Assembly: GCA_964016885.1 (NCBI GenBank)
Contig: CAXHJY010000161.1
Coordinates: 233,001-297,000, forward strand
Reading direction: 5' to 3'
From: Eledone cirrhosa
Lineage: Eukaryota
DNA: 64,000 nt
Both the position numbers and the translations under genes were made by a program. Shown in pieces: positions 1 to 14,900 of this stretch. Numbering within the stretch: the stretch's first letter is position 1; each line of letters opens with the position of its first letter. The notes beneath the pieces were generated by a model. That model was given only the letters and a program-made list of their open reading frames with translations. It did no database searches and was not told the origin of the DNA.

Positions 1-3000
1 ACACTGACAGAGAAAGCAGCAACAACAACAACACTGTCACTGACAGAGAAAACAGCAACAACTACAACAACACTGGCACTGACAGAGAAAACAGCAACAA
101 CTACAACACTGGCACTGACAGAGAAAACAGCAACAACAACAACACTGGCACTGACAAAGAAAACAGCAACAACTACAACAACACTGGCACTGACACAGAA
201 AACAGCAACAACTACAACAAAACTGGCACTGACAGAGAAAACAGCAACAACTACAACAACACTGGCACTGACAGAGAAAACAGCAACAACAACACTGGCA
301 CTGACACAGAAAACAGCAACAACTACAACAACACTGGCACTAACAGAGAAAACAGCAACAACTACAACAACACTGGCACTGACACAGAAAACAGCAACAA
401 CTACAACAACACTGGCACTGACAGAGAAAACAGCAACAACAACAACACTGGCACTGACACAGAAAACAGCAACAACTACAACAACACTGGCACTGACAGA
501 GAAAACAGCAACAACTACAACAACACTGGCACTGACAGAGAAAACAGCAACAACTACAACAACACTGGCACTGACACTGAAAAAAGCAACAACTACAACA
601 ACACTGGCACTGACACAGAAAACAGCAACAACTACAACAACACTGGCAGTGACACAGAAAACAGCAACAACAACAACACTGGCACTGACACAGAAAACAG
701 CAACAACTACAACACTGGCACTGACAGAGAAAACAGCAACAACAGCAACAACAACACTGGCACTGACAGAGAAAACAGCAACAACAACACTGGCACTGAC
801 ACAGAAAACAGCAACAACTACAACAACACTGGCACTGACAGAGAAAACAGCAACAACTACAACAACACTGGCACTGACACAGAAAACAGCAACAACTACA
901 ACAACACTGGCACTGACAGAGAAAACAGCAACAACAACACTGGCACTGACACAGAAAACAGCAACAACTACAACAACACTGGCACTGACACAGTAAATAA
1001 CAACAACTACAACAACACTGGCACTGACAGAGAAAACAGCAACAACTACAACAACACTGGCACTGACACAGAAAACAGCTACAACTACAACAACACTGGC
1101 ACTGACACAGAAAACAGCAACAACTAAAACAACACCGGCACTGACACAGAAAACAGCAACAACTACAACAACACTGGCACGGAAAACAGCAACAACAGCA
1201 ACAACAACACTGGCACTGACAGAAAACTCAACAACAGCAACAACAACCGTGGCACTGACACAGAAAACAGCAACAACAGCAACAATAACACTGGCACTGG
1301 CACAGAAAACAGCAACAGCAATACTGGAACTTACACAGAAAACAGCAACAGTAACAACAACAACACTGGCACTGACACAGAAAACAGCAACAACAACAAC
1401 ACTGGCACTGACACAGAAAACAGCAACAACAACAACACTGACACTGACAGTGAAAATAGCAACAGCAACAACACTGGCACTGACAGAGAAAACAGCAACA
1501 ACAACAACACTGGCACTGACACAGAAAACAGCAACAACTACAACAACACTGGCACTGACAAAGAAAACAGCAACAACAACAACAACACTGGCACTGACAG
1601 AGAAAACAGCAACAACTACAACACTGGCACTGACAGAGAAAACAGCAACAACAACAACACTGGCACTGACAAAGAAAACAGCAACAACTACAACAACACT
1701 GGCACTGACACAGAAAACAGCAACAACTACAACAAAACTGGCACTGACAGAGAAAACAGCAACAACTACAACAACACTGGCACTGACAGAGAAAACAGCA
1801 ACAACACTGGCACTGACACAGAAAACAGCAACAACTACAACAACACTGGCACTGACAGAGAAAACAGCAACAACTACAACAACACTGGCACTGACACAGA
1901 AAACAGCAACAACTACAACAACACTGGCACTGACAGAGAAAACAGCAACAACAAGAACACTGGCACTGACAGAGAAAACAGCAACAACTACAACAACACT
2001 GGCACTGACAGAGAAAACAGCAACAACTACAACAACACTGGCACTGACACTGAAAAAAGCAACAACTACAACAACACTGGCACTGACACAGAAAACAGCA
2101 ACAATTACAACAACACTGGCACTGACACAGAAAACAGCAACAACAACACTGGCACTGACACAGAAAACAGCAACAACAAAAACACTGGCACTGACAGAGA
2201 AAACAGCAACAACAACAACACTGGCACTGACAGAGAAAACAGCAACAACAACAACACCGGCACTGACACAGAAAACAGCAACAACTACAACAACACTGGC
2301 ACTGACAGAGAAAACAGCAACAATTACAACAACACTGGCACTGACAGAGAAAACAGCAACAACAACAACACTGGCACTGACACAGAAAACAGCAACAAAA
2401 GCAACAACAACCGTGGCACTGACACAGAAAACAGCAACAACAGCAACAATAACACTGGCACTGGCACAGAAAACAGCAACAGCAATACTGGAACTGACAC
2501 AGAAAACAGCAACAGTAACAACAACAACACTGGCACTGACACAGAAAACAGCAACAACAACAACACTGGCACTGACACAGAAAACAGCAACAACAACAAC
2601 ACTGGCACTGACAGTGAAAATAGCAACAGCAACAACACTGGCACTGACAGAGAAAACAGCAACAACAACAACACTGGCACTGACACAGAAAACAGCAACA
2701 ACAACAACACTGGCACTGACACAGAAAACAGCAACAACAACAACACTGGCACTGACAGAGAAAACAGCAACAACTACAACACTGACACTGACAGAGAAAG
2801 CAGCAACAACAACAACACTGTCACTGACAGAGAAAACAGCAACAACTACAACAACACTGGCACTGACAGAGAAAACAGCAACAACTACAACACTGGCACT
2901 GACAGAGAAAACAGCAACAACAACAACACTGGCACTGACAAAGAAAACAGCAACAACTACAACAACACTGGCACTGACACAGAAAACAGCAACAACTACA

Positions 3001-6000
3001 ACAAAACTGGCACTGACAGAGAAAACAGCAACAACTACAACAACACTGGCACTGACAGAGAAAACAGCAACAACAACACTGGCACTGACACAGAAAACAG
3101 CAACAACTACAACAACACTGGCACTAACAGAGAAAACAGCAACAACTACAACAACACTGGCACTGACACAGAAAACAGCAACAACTACAACAACACTGGC
3201 ACTGACAGAGAAAACAGCAACAACAACAACACTGGCACTGACACAGAAAACAGCAACAACTACAACAACACTGGCACTGACAGAGAAAACAGCTACAACT
3301 ACAACAACACTGGCACTGACAGAGAAAACAGCAATAACTACAACAACACTGGCACTGACACTGAAAAAAGCAACAACTACAACAACACTGGCACTGACAC
3401 AGAAAACAGCAACAACTACAACAAAACTGGCACTGACAGAGAAAACAGCAACAATTACAACAACACTGGCACTGACAGAGAAAACAGCAACAACAACAAC
3501 ACTGGCACTGACACAGAAAACAGCAACAACTACAACACTGGCACTGACAGAGAAAACAGCAACAACTACAACAACACTGGCACTGACAGAGAAAACAGCA
3601 ACAGCAACAACACTGGCACTGACAGAGAAAACAGCAACAACAACACTGGCACTGACACAGAAAACAGCAACAACTACAACAACACTGGCACTGACAGAGA
3701 AAACAGCAACAACTACAACAACACTGGCACTGACACAGAAAACAGCAACAACTACAACAACACTGGCACTGACAGAGAAAACAGCAACAACAACACTGGC
3801 ACTGACACAGAAAACAGCAACAACTACAACAACACTGGCACTGACACAGTAAACAACAACAACTACAACAACACTGGCACTGACAGAGAAAACAGCAACA
3901 ACTACAACAACACTGGCACTGACACAGAAAACAGCAACAACTACAACAACACTGGCACTGACACAGAAAACAGCAACAACTAAAACAACACCGGCACTGA
4001 CACAGAAAACAGCAACAACTACAACAACACTGGCACGGAAAACAGCAACAACAGCAACAACAACACTGGCACTGACACAGAAAACAGCAACAAAAGCAAC
4101 AACAACCGTGGCACTGACACAGAAAACAGCAACAACAGCAACAATAACACTGGCACTGGCACAGAAAACAGCAACAGCAATACTGGAACTGACACAGAAA
4201 ACAGCAACAGTAACAACAACAACACTGGCACTGACACAGAAAACAGCAACAACAACAACACTGGCACTGACACAGAAAACAGCAACAACAACAACACTGG
4301 CACTGACACAGAAAACAGCAACAACAACAACACTGGCACTGACAGTGAAAATAGCAACAGCAACAACACTGGCACTGACAGAGAAAACAGCAACAACAAC
4401 AACACTGGCACTGACACAGAAAACAGCAACAACAACAACACTGGCACTGACACAGAAAACAGCAACAACAACAACACTGGCACTGACAGAGAAAACAGCA
4501 ACAACTACAACACTGACACTGACAGAGAAAGCAGCAACAACAACAACACTGTCACTGACAGAGAAAACAGCAACAACTACAACAACACTGGCACTGACAG
4601 AGAAAACAGCAACAACTACAACACTGGCACTGACAGAGAAAACAGCAACAACAACAACACTGGCACTGACAAAGAAAACAGCAACAACTACAACAACACT
4701 GGCACTGACACAGAAAACAGCAACAACTACAACAAAACTGGCACTGACACAGAAAACAGCAACAACTACAACAACACTGGCACTGACAGAGAAAACAGCA
4801 ACAACAACACTGGCACTGACACAGAAAACAGCAACAACTACAACAACACTGGCACTAACAGAGAAAACAGCAACAACTACAACAACACTGGCACTGACAC
4901 AGAAAACAGCAACAACTACAACAACACTGGCACTGACAGAGAAAACAGCAACAACAACAACACTGGCACTGACACAGAAAACAGCAACAACTACAACAAC
5001 ACTGGCACTGACAGAGAAAACAGCAACAACTACAACAACACTGGCACTGACACTGAAAAAAGCAACAACTACAACAACACTGGCACTGACACAGAAAACA
5101 GCAACAACTACAACAACACTGGCAGTGACACAGAAAACAGCAACAACAACAACACTGGCACTGACACAGAAAACAGCAACAACAAAAACACTGGCACTGA
5201 CAGAGAAAAGAGCAACAACAACAACACCGGCACTGACACAGAAAACAGCAACAACTACAACAACACTGGCACTGACAGAGAAAACAGCAACAACTACAAC
5301 AACACTGGCACTGACAGAGAAAACAGCAACAACAACAACACTGGCACTGACACAGAAAACAGCAACAACTACAACACTGGCACTGACAGAGAAAACAGCA
5401 ACAACTACAACAACACTGGCACTGACACAGAAAACAGCAACAACTACAACAACACTGGCACTGACAGAGAAAACAGCAACAGCAACAACACTGGCACTGA
5501 CAGTGAAAACAGCAACAACTACAACAACACTGGCACTGACACAGAAAACAGCAACAACTACAACAACACTGGCACTGACAGAGAAAACAGCAACAACAAC
5601 ACTGGCACTGACACAGAAAACAGCAACAACTACAGCAACACTGGCACTGACAGAGAAAACAGCAACAACTACAACAACACTGGCACTGACAGAGAAAACA
5701 GCAACAACTACAACAACACTGGCACTGACACAGAAAACAGCAACAACTACAACAACACTGGCACTGACACAGAAAACAGCAACAACCACAACAACACTGG
5801 CACTGACACAGAAAACAGCAACAACAACAACACTGGCACTGACAGAGAAAACAGCAACAACTAAAACAACACCGGCACTGACACAGAAAACAGCAACAAC
5901 TACAACAACACTGGCACGGAAAACAGCAACAACAGCAACAACAACACTGGCACTGACACAGAAAACAGCAACAACAGCAACAACAACCGTGGCACTGACA

Positions 6001-8259
6001 CAGAAAACAGCAACAACAGCAACAATAACACTGGCACTGGCACAGAAAACAGCAACAGCAATACTGGAACTGACACAGAAAACAGCAACAGTAACAACAA
6101 CAACAACAACACTGGCACTGACACAGAAAACAGCAACAACAACAACACTGGCACTGACACAGAAAACAGCAACAACAACAACACTGGCACTGACAGAGAA
6201 AACAGCAACAACTACAACACTGACACTGACAGAGAAAGCAGCAACAACAACAACACTGTCACTGACAGAGAAAACAGCAACAACTAAAACAACACTGGCA
6301 CTGACAGAGAAAACAACAACAACTACAACACTGGCACTGACAGAGAAAACAGCAACAACAACAACACTGGCACTGACAAAGAAAACAGCAACAACTACAA
6401 CAACACTGGCACTGACACAGAAAACAGCAACAACTACAACAAAACTGGCACTGACAGAGAAAACAGCAACAACTACAACAACACTGGCACTGACAGAGAA
6501 AACAGCAACAACAACACTGGCACTGACACAGAAAACAGCAACAACTACAACAACACTGGCACTGACAGAGAAAACAGCAACAACTACAACAACACTGGCA
6601 CTGACACAGAAAACAGCAACAACTACAACAACACTGGCACTGACAGAGAAAACAGCAACAACAACAACACTGGCACTGACACAGAAAACAGCAACAACTA
6701 CAACAACACTGGCACTGACAGAGAAAACAGCAACAACTACAACAACACTGGCACTGACAGAGAAAACAGCAACAACTACAACAACACTGGCACTGACACT
6801 GAAAAAAGCAACAACTACAACAACACTGGCACTGACACAGAAAACAGCAACAACTACAACAACACTGGCACTGACAGAGAAAACAGCAACAACAACAACA
6901 ACACTGGCACTGACAGAGAAAACAGCAACAACTACAACACTGGCACTGACAGAGAAAACAGCAACAACAACAACACTGGCACTGACAAAGAAAACAGCAA
7001 CAACTACAACAACACAGGCACTGACACAGAAAACAGCAACAACTACAACAAAACTGGCACTGACAGAGAAAACAGCAACAACTACAACAACACTGGCACT
7101 GACAGAGAAAACAGCAACAACACTGGCACTGACACAGAAAACAGCAACAACTACAACAACACTGGCACTGACAGAGAAAACAGCAACAACTACAACAACA
7201 CTGGCACTGACACAGAAAACAGCAACAACTACAACAACACTGGCACTGACAGAGAAAACAGCAACAACAACAACACTGGCACTGACACAGAAAACAGCAA
7301 CAACTACAACAACACTGGCACTGACAGAGAAAACAGCAACAACTACAACAACACTGGCACTGACAGAGAAAACAGCAACAACTACAACAACACTGGCACT
7401 GACACTGAAAAAAGCAACAACTACAACAACACTGGCACTGACACAGAAAACAGCAACAACTACAACAACACTGGCACTGACACAGAAAACAGCAACAACA
7501 ACACTGGCACTGACACAGAAAACAGCAACAACAAAAACACTGGCACTGACAGAGAAAACAGCAACAACAACAACACTGGCACTGACAGAGAAAACAGCAA
7601 CAACAACAACACCGGCACTGACACAGAAAACAGCAAGAACTACAACAACACTGGCACTGACAGAGAAAACAGCAACAATTACAACAAAACTGGCACTGAC
7701 AGAGAAAACAGCAACAACAACAACACTGGCACTGACACAGAAAACAGCAACAACTACAACACTGGCACTGACAGAGAAAACAGCAACAACTACAACAACA
7801 CTGGCACTGACAGAGAAAACAGCAACAACAGCAACAACAACACTGGCACTGACAGAGAAAACAGCAACAACAACACTGGCACTGACACAGAAAACAGCAA
7901 CAACTACAACAACACTGGCACTGACAGAGAAAACAGCAACAACTACAACAACACTGGCACTGACACAGAAAACAGCAACAACTACAACAACACTGGCACT
8001 GACAGAGAAAACAGCAACAACAACACTGGCACTGACACAGAAAACAGCAACAACTACAACAACACTGGCACTGACACAGTAAACAACAACAACTACAACA
8101 ACACTGGCACTGACAGAGAAAACAGCAACAACTACAACAACACTGGCACTGACACAGAAAACAGCTACAACTACAACAACACTGGCACTGACACAGAAAA
8201 CAGCAACAACTAAAACAACACCGGCACTGACACAGAAAACAGCAACAACTACAACAACA

Positions 8260-11200
8260 CTGGCACGGAAAACAGCAACAACAGCAACAACAACACTGGC
8301 ACTGACACAGAAAACAGCAACAACAGCAACAACAACCGTGGCACTGACACAGAAAACAGCAACAACAGCAACAATAACACTGGCACTGGCACAGAAAACA
8401 GCAACAGCAATACTGGAACTGACACAGAAAACAGCAACAGTAACAACAACAACACTGGCACTGACACAGAAAACAGCAACAACAACAACACTGGCACTGA
8501 CACAGAAAACAGCAACAACAACAACACTGACACTGACAGTGAAAATAGCAACAGCAACAACACTGGCACTGACAGAGAAAACAGCAACAACAACAACACT
8601 GGCACTGACACAGAAAACAGCAACAACAACAACACTGGCACTGACACAGAAAACAGCAACAACAACAACACTGGCACTGACAGAGAAAACAGCAACAACT
8701 ACAACACTGACACTGACAGAGAAAGCAGCAACAACAACAACACTGTCACTGACAGAGAAAACAGCAACAACTACAACAACACTGGCACTGACAGAGAAAA
8801 CAGCAACAACTACAACACTGGCACTGACAGAGAAAACAGCAACAACAACAACACTGGCACTGACAAAGAAAACAGCAACAACTACAACAACACTGGCACT
8901 GACACAGAAAACAGCAACAACTACAACAAAACTGGCACTGACAGAGAAAACAGCAACAACTACAACAACACTGGCACTGACAGAGAAAACAGCAACAACA
9001 ACACTGGCACTGACAGAGAAAACAGCAACAACAACAACACTGGCACTGACACAGAAAACAGCAACAACTACAACAACACTGGCACTGACAGAGAAAACAG
9101 CAACAACTACAACAACACTGGCACTGACAGAGAAAACAGCAACAACTACAACAACACTGGCACTGACACTGAAAAAAGCAACAACTACAACAACACTGGC
9201 ACTGACACAGAAAACAGCAACAACTACAACAACACTGGCAGTGACACAGAAAACAGCAACAACAACAACACTGGCACTGACACAGAAAACAGCAACAACA
9301 AAAACACTGGCACTGACAGAGAAAACAGCAACAACAACAACACCGGCACTGACACAGAAAACAGCAACAACTACAACAACACTGGCACTGACAGAGAAAA
9401 CAGCAACAACTACAACAACACTGGCACTGACAGAGAAGACAGCAACAACAACAACACTGGCACTGACACAGAAAACAGCAACAGCTACAACACTGGCACT
9501 GACAGAGAAAACAGCAACAACTACAACAACACTGGCACTGACACAGAAAACAGCAACAACTACAACAACACTGGCACTGACAGAGAAAACAGCAACAGCA
9601 ACAACACTGGCACTGACAGTGAAAACAGCAACAACTACAACAACACTGGCACTGACACAGAAAACAGCAACAACTACAACAACACTGGCACTGACAGAGA
9701 AAACAGCAACAACTACAACAACACTGGCACTGACACAGAAAACAGCAACAACTACAACAACACTGGCACTGACAGAGAAAACAGCAACAACAACACTGGC
9801 ACTGACACAGAAAACAGCAACAACTACAGCAACACTGGCACTGACAGAGAAAACAGCAACAACTACAACAACACTGGCACTGACAGAGAAAACAGCAACA
9901 ACTACAACAACACTGGCACTGACACAGAAAACAGCAACAACTACAACAACACTGGCACTGACACAGAAAACAGCAACAACCACAACAACACTGGCACTGA
10001 CACAGAAAACAGCAACAACAACAACACTGGCACTGACAGAGAAAACAGCAACAACAACAACACCGGCACTGACACAGAAAACAGCAACAACTACAACAAC
10101 ACTGGCACGGAAAACAGCAACAACAGCAACAACAACACTGGCACTGACACAGAAAACAGCAACAACAGCAACAACAACCGTGGCACTGACACAGAAAACA
10201 GCAACAACAGCAACAATAACACTGGCACTGGCACAGAAAACAGCAACATCAATACTGGAACTGACACAGAAAACAGCAACAGTAACAACAACAACACTGG
10301 CACTGACACAGAAAACAGCAACAACAACAACACTGGCACTGACACAGAAAACAGCAACAACAACAACACTGGCACTGACAGTGAAAATAGCAACAGCAAC
10401 AACACTGGCACTGACAGAGAAAACAGCAACAACAACAACACTGGCACTGACACAGAAAACAGCAACAACAACAACACTGGCACTGACACAGAAAACAGCA
10501 ACAACAACAACACTGGCAGAGAAAACAGCAACAACTACAACAACACTGGCACTGACAGAGAAAACAGCAACAACTACAACACTGGCACTGACAGAGAAAA
10601 CGGCAACAACAACAACACTGGCACTGACAAAGAAAACAGCAACAACTACAACAACACTGGCACTGACACAGAAAACAGCAACAACTACAACAAAACTGGC
10701 ACTGACAGAGAAAACAGCAACAACTACAACAACACTGGCACTGACAGAGAAAACAGCAACAACAACACTGGCACTGACACAGAAAACAGCAACAACTACA
10801 ACAACACTGGCACTAACAGAGAAAACAGCAACAACTACAACAACACTGGCACTGACACAGAAAACAGCAACAACTACAACAACACTGGCACTGACAGAGA
10901 AAACAGCAACAACAACAACACTGGCACTGACACAGAAAACAGCAACAACTACAACAACACTGGCACTGACAGAGAAAACAGCAACAACTACAACAACACT
11001 GGCACTGACAGAGAAAACAGCAACAACTACAACAACACTGGCACTGACACTGAAAAAAGCAACAACTACAACAACACTGGCACTGACACAGAAAACAGCA
11101 ACAACTACAACAACACTGGCAGTGACACAGAAAACAGCAACAACAACAACACTGGCACTGACACAGAAAACAGCAACAACAAAAACACTGGCACTGACAG

Positions 11201-11943
11201 AGAAAACAGCAACAACAACAACACCAGCACTGACACAGAAAACAGCAACAACTACAACAACACTGGCACTGACAGAGAAAACAGCAACAACTACAACAAC
11301 ACTGGCACTGACAGAGAAAACAGCAACAACAACAACACTGGCACTGACACAGAAAACAGCAACAACTACAACACTGGCACTGACAGAGAAAACAGCAACA
11401 ACTACAACAACACTGGCACTGACACAGAAAACAGCAACAACTACAACAACACTGGCACTGACAGAGAAAACAGCAACAGCAACAACACTGGCACTGACAG
11501 TGAAAACAGCAACAACTACAACAACACTGGCACTGACAGAGAAAACAGCAACAACTACAACAACACTGGCACTGACACAGAAAACAGCAACAACTACAAC
11601 AACACTGGCACTGACAGAGAAAACAGCAACAACAACACTGGCACTGACACAGAAAACAGCAACAACTACAGCAACACTGGCACTGACAGAGAAAACAGCA
11701 ACAACTACAACAACACTGGCACTGACAGAGAAAACAGCAACAACTACAACAACACTGGCACTGACACAGAAAACAGCAACAACTACAACAACACTGGCAC
11801 TGACACAGAAAACAGCAACAACCACAACAACACTGGCACTGACACAGAAAACAGCAACAACAACAACACTGGCACTGACAGAGAAAACAGCAACAACAAC
11901 AACACCGGCACTGACACAGAAAACAGCAACAACTACAACACCA
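8260..11943. repeat. Two consecutive basal higher-order periods of 1,842 bp
   Basis: The diagnostic 6-bp-deleted monomer CTGGCACGGAAAACA starts at 8260, 10102 and 11944. Each is followed by the same cassette (ACCGTGGCA, ATAACACTGGCACTGGCA, CTGGAACTG, GTAACA). Confidence 0.88.
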
Positions 11944-14900
11944 CTGGCACGGAAAACAGCAACAACAGCAACAACAACACTGGCACTGACACAGAAAACA
12001 GCAACAACAGCAACAACAACCGTGGCACTGACACAGAAAACAGCAACAACAGCAACAATAACACTGGCACTGGCACAGAAAACAGCAACAGCAACACTGG
12101 AACTGACACAGAAAACAGCAACAGTAACAACAACAACACTGGCACTGACAGAGAAAACAGCAACAACAACAACATTGGCACTGACACAGAAAACAGCAAC
12201 AACAACAACATTGGCACTGACACAGAAAACAGCAACAACACTGGCACTGACAGAGAAAACAGCAACAACTACAACACTGACACTGACAGAGAAAGCAGCA
12301 ACAACAACAACAACACTGGCACTGACACAGAAAACAGCAACAACTACAACAACACTGGCACTGACAGAGAAAACAGCAACAACTACAACAACACTGGCAC
12401 TGACAGAGAAAACAGCAACAACAGCAACAATAACACTGGCACTGGCACAGAAAACAGCAACAGCAACAACAACAACAACAACACTGGAACTGACACAGAA
12501 AACAGCAACAGTAACAACAACAACACTGGCACTGACACAGAAAACAGCAACAGCAAGAACACTGGCACTGACACAGAAAACAGCAACAACTACAACAACA
12601 CTGGCACTGACACAGAAAACAGCAACAACAGCAACAACAACACTGGCACTGACACAGAAAACAGCAACAACAGCAACAACAACAGTGGCACTGACACAGA
12701 AAACAGCAACAACAGCAACAATAACACTGGCTCTGGCACAGAAAACAGCAACAGTAACCACAACAAGACTGGCACTGACACAGAAAACAGCAACAGTAAC
12801 AACAACATTGGCACTGACACAGAAAACACCAACAACAACAACACTGGCACTGACACAGAAAACAGCAACAACAACAACACTGGCACTGACAGTGAAAATA
12901 GCAACAACAACAACACTGACAGAGAAAACAGCAACAACAACAACAACACTGGCACTGACAGAGAAAACAGCAACAACTACAACACTGGCACTGACAGAGA
13001 AAACAGCAACAACAACACTGGCACTGACAGAGAAAACAGCAACAACTACAACAACACTGGCACTGACACAGAAAACAGCAACAACTACAACAAAACTGGC
13101 ACTGACAGAGGAAACAGCAACAGCTACAACAACACTGGCACTGACAGAGAAAACAGCAACAACAACAACACTGGCACTGACACAGAAAACAGCAACAACT
13201 ACAACAACACTGGCACTGACAGAGAAAACAGCAACAACTACAACAACACTGGCACTGACACAGAAAACAGCAACAACTACAACAACACTGGCACTGACAG
13301 AGAAAACAGCAACAACAACACTGGCACTGACACAGAAAACAGCAACAACTACAACAACACTGGCACTGACACAGAAAACAGCAACAACTACAACAACACT
13401 GGCACTGAAAGAGAAAGCAGCAACAACTACAACAACACTGGCAATGACACAGAAAACAGCAACAACTACAACAACACTGGCACTGACACAGAAAACAGCA
13501 ACAACTACAACAACACTGGCACTGACACAGAAAACAGCAACAACTACAACAACACTGGCACTGACACAGAAAACAGCAACAACTACAACAACACTGGCAC
13601 TGACACAGAAAACAGCAACAACAACAACACTGGCACTGACACAGAAAACAGCAACAACAACAACACTGGCACTGACAAAGAAAATAGCAACAACAACAAC
13701 ACTGGCACTGACAGAGAAAACAGCAACAACAACAACACCGGCACTGACACAGAAAACAGCAACAACTACAACAACACTGGCACTGACAGAGAAAACAGCA
13801 ACAACTACAACAACACTGGCACTGACAGAGAATACAGCAACAACAACAACACTGGCACTGACACAGAAAACAGCAACAACAACAACACTGGCACTGACAC
13901 AGAAAACAGCAACAACAACAACACTGGCACTGACAGAGAAAACAGCAACAACTACAACAACACTGGCACTGACACAGAAAACAGCAACAACTACAACAAC
14001 ACTGGCACTGACACAGAAAACAGCAACAACTACAACAACACTGGCACTGACACAGAAAACAGCAACAACAACAACACTGGCACTGACACAGAAAACAGCA
14101 ACAACAACAACACTGGCACTGACAGAGAAAACAGCAACAACAACACCGGCACTGACACAGAAAACAGCAACAACTACAACAACACTGGCACTGACAGAGA
14201 AAACAGCAACAACTACAACAACACTGGCACTGACAGAGAAAACAGCAACAACTACAACAACACTGGCACTGACACTGAAAAAAGCAACAACTACAACAAC
14301 ACTGGCACTGACACAGAAAACAGCAACAACTACAACATCACTGGCAGTGACACAGAAAACAGCAACAACAACAACACTGGCACTGACACAGAAAACAGCA
14401 ACAACAAAAACACTGGCACTGACAGAGAAAACAGCAACAACAACAACACCGGCACTGACACAGAAAACAGCAACAACTACAACAACACTGGCACTGACAG
14501 ATAAAACAGCAACAACTACAACAACACTGGCACTGACAGAGAAAACAGCAACATCAACAACACTGGCACTGACACAGAAAACAGTAACAACTACAACAAC
14601 ACTGGCACTAACACAGAAAACAGCAACAACTACAACATCACTGGCACTGACAGAGAAAACAGCAACAGCAACAACACTGGCACTGACAGTGAAAATAGCA
14701 ACAACAACAACACTGGCACTGACACAGAAAACAGCAACAACAACACTGGCACTGACACAGAAAACAGCAACAACTACAACAACACTGGCACTGACAGAGA
14801 AAACAGCAACAACTACAACACTGGCACTGACAGAGAAAACAGCAACAACAACAACAACACTGACACTGACAGAGAAAACAGCAACAACTACAACAACACT

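Noticed and set aside
2158-2190. V(D)J recombination-signal-like motif CACAGAA ... ACAAAAACA
   Set aside because: The heptamer has two mismatches to CACAGTG, the spacer is 10 nt rather than 12 or 23, and no gene segments are present. Such matches are expected by chance in CA-rich DNA.
649-8082. ORFs 649-996, 1249-3852 and 4108-8082 as separate genes
   Set aside because: The starts are variant GTG codons with no initiation context, the ends are copies of one TAA mutation, and the gaps consist of the same repeat.
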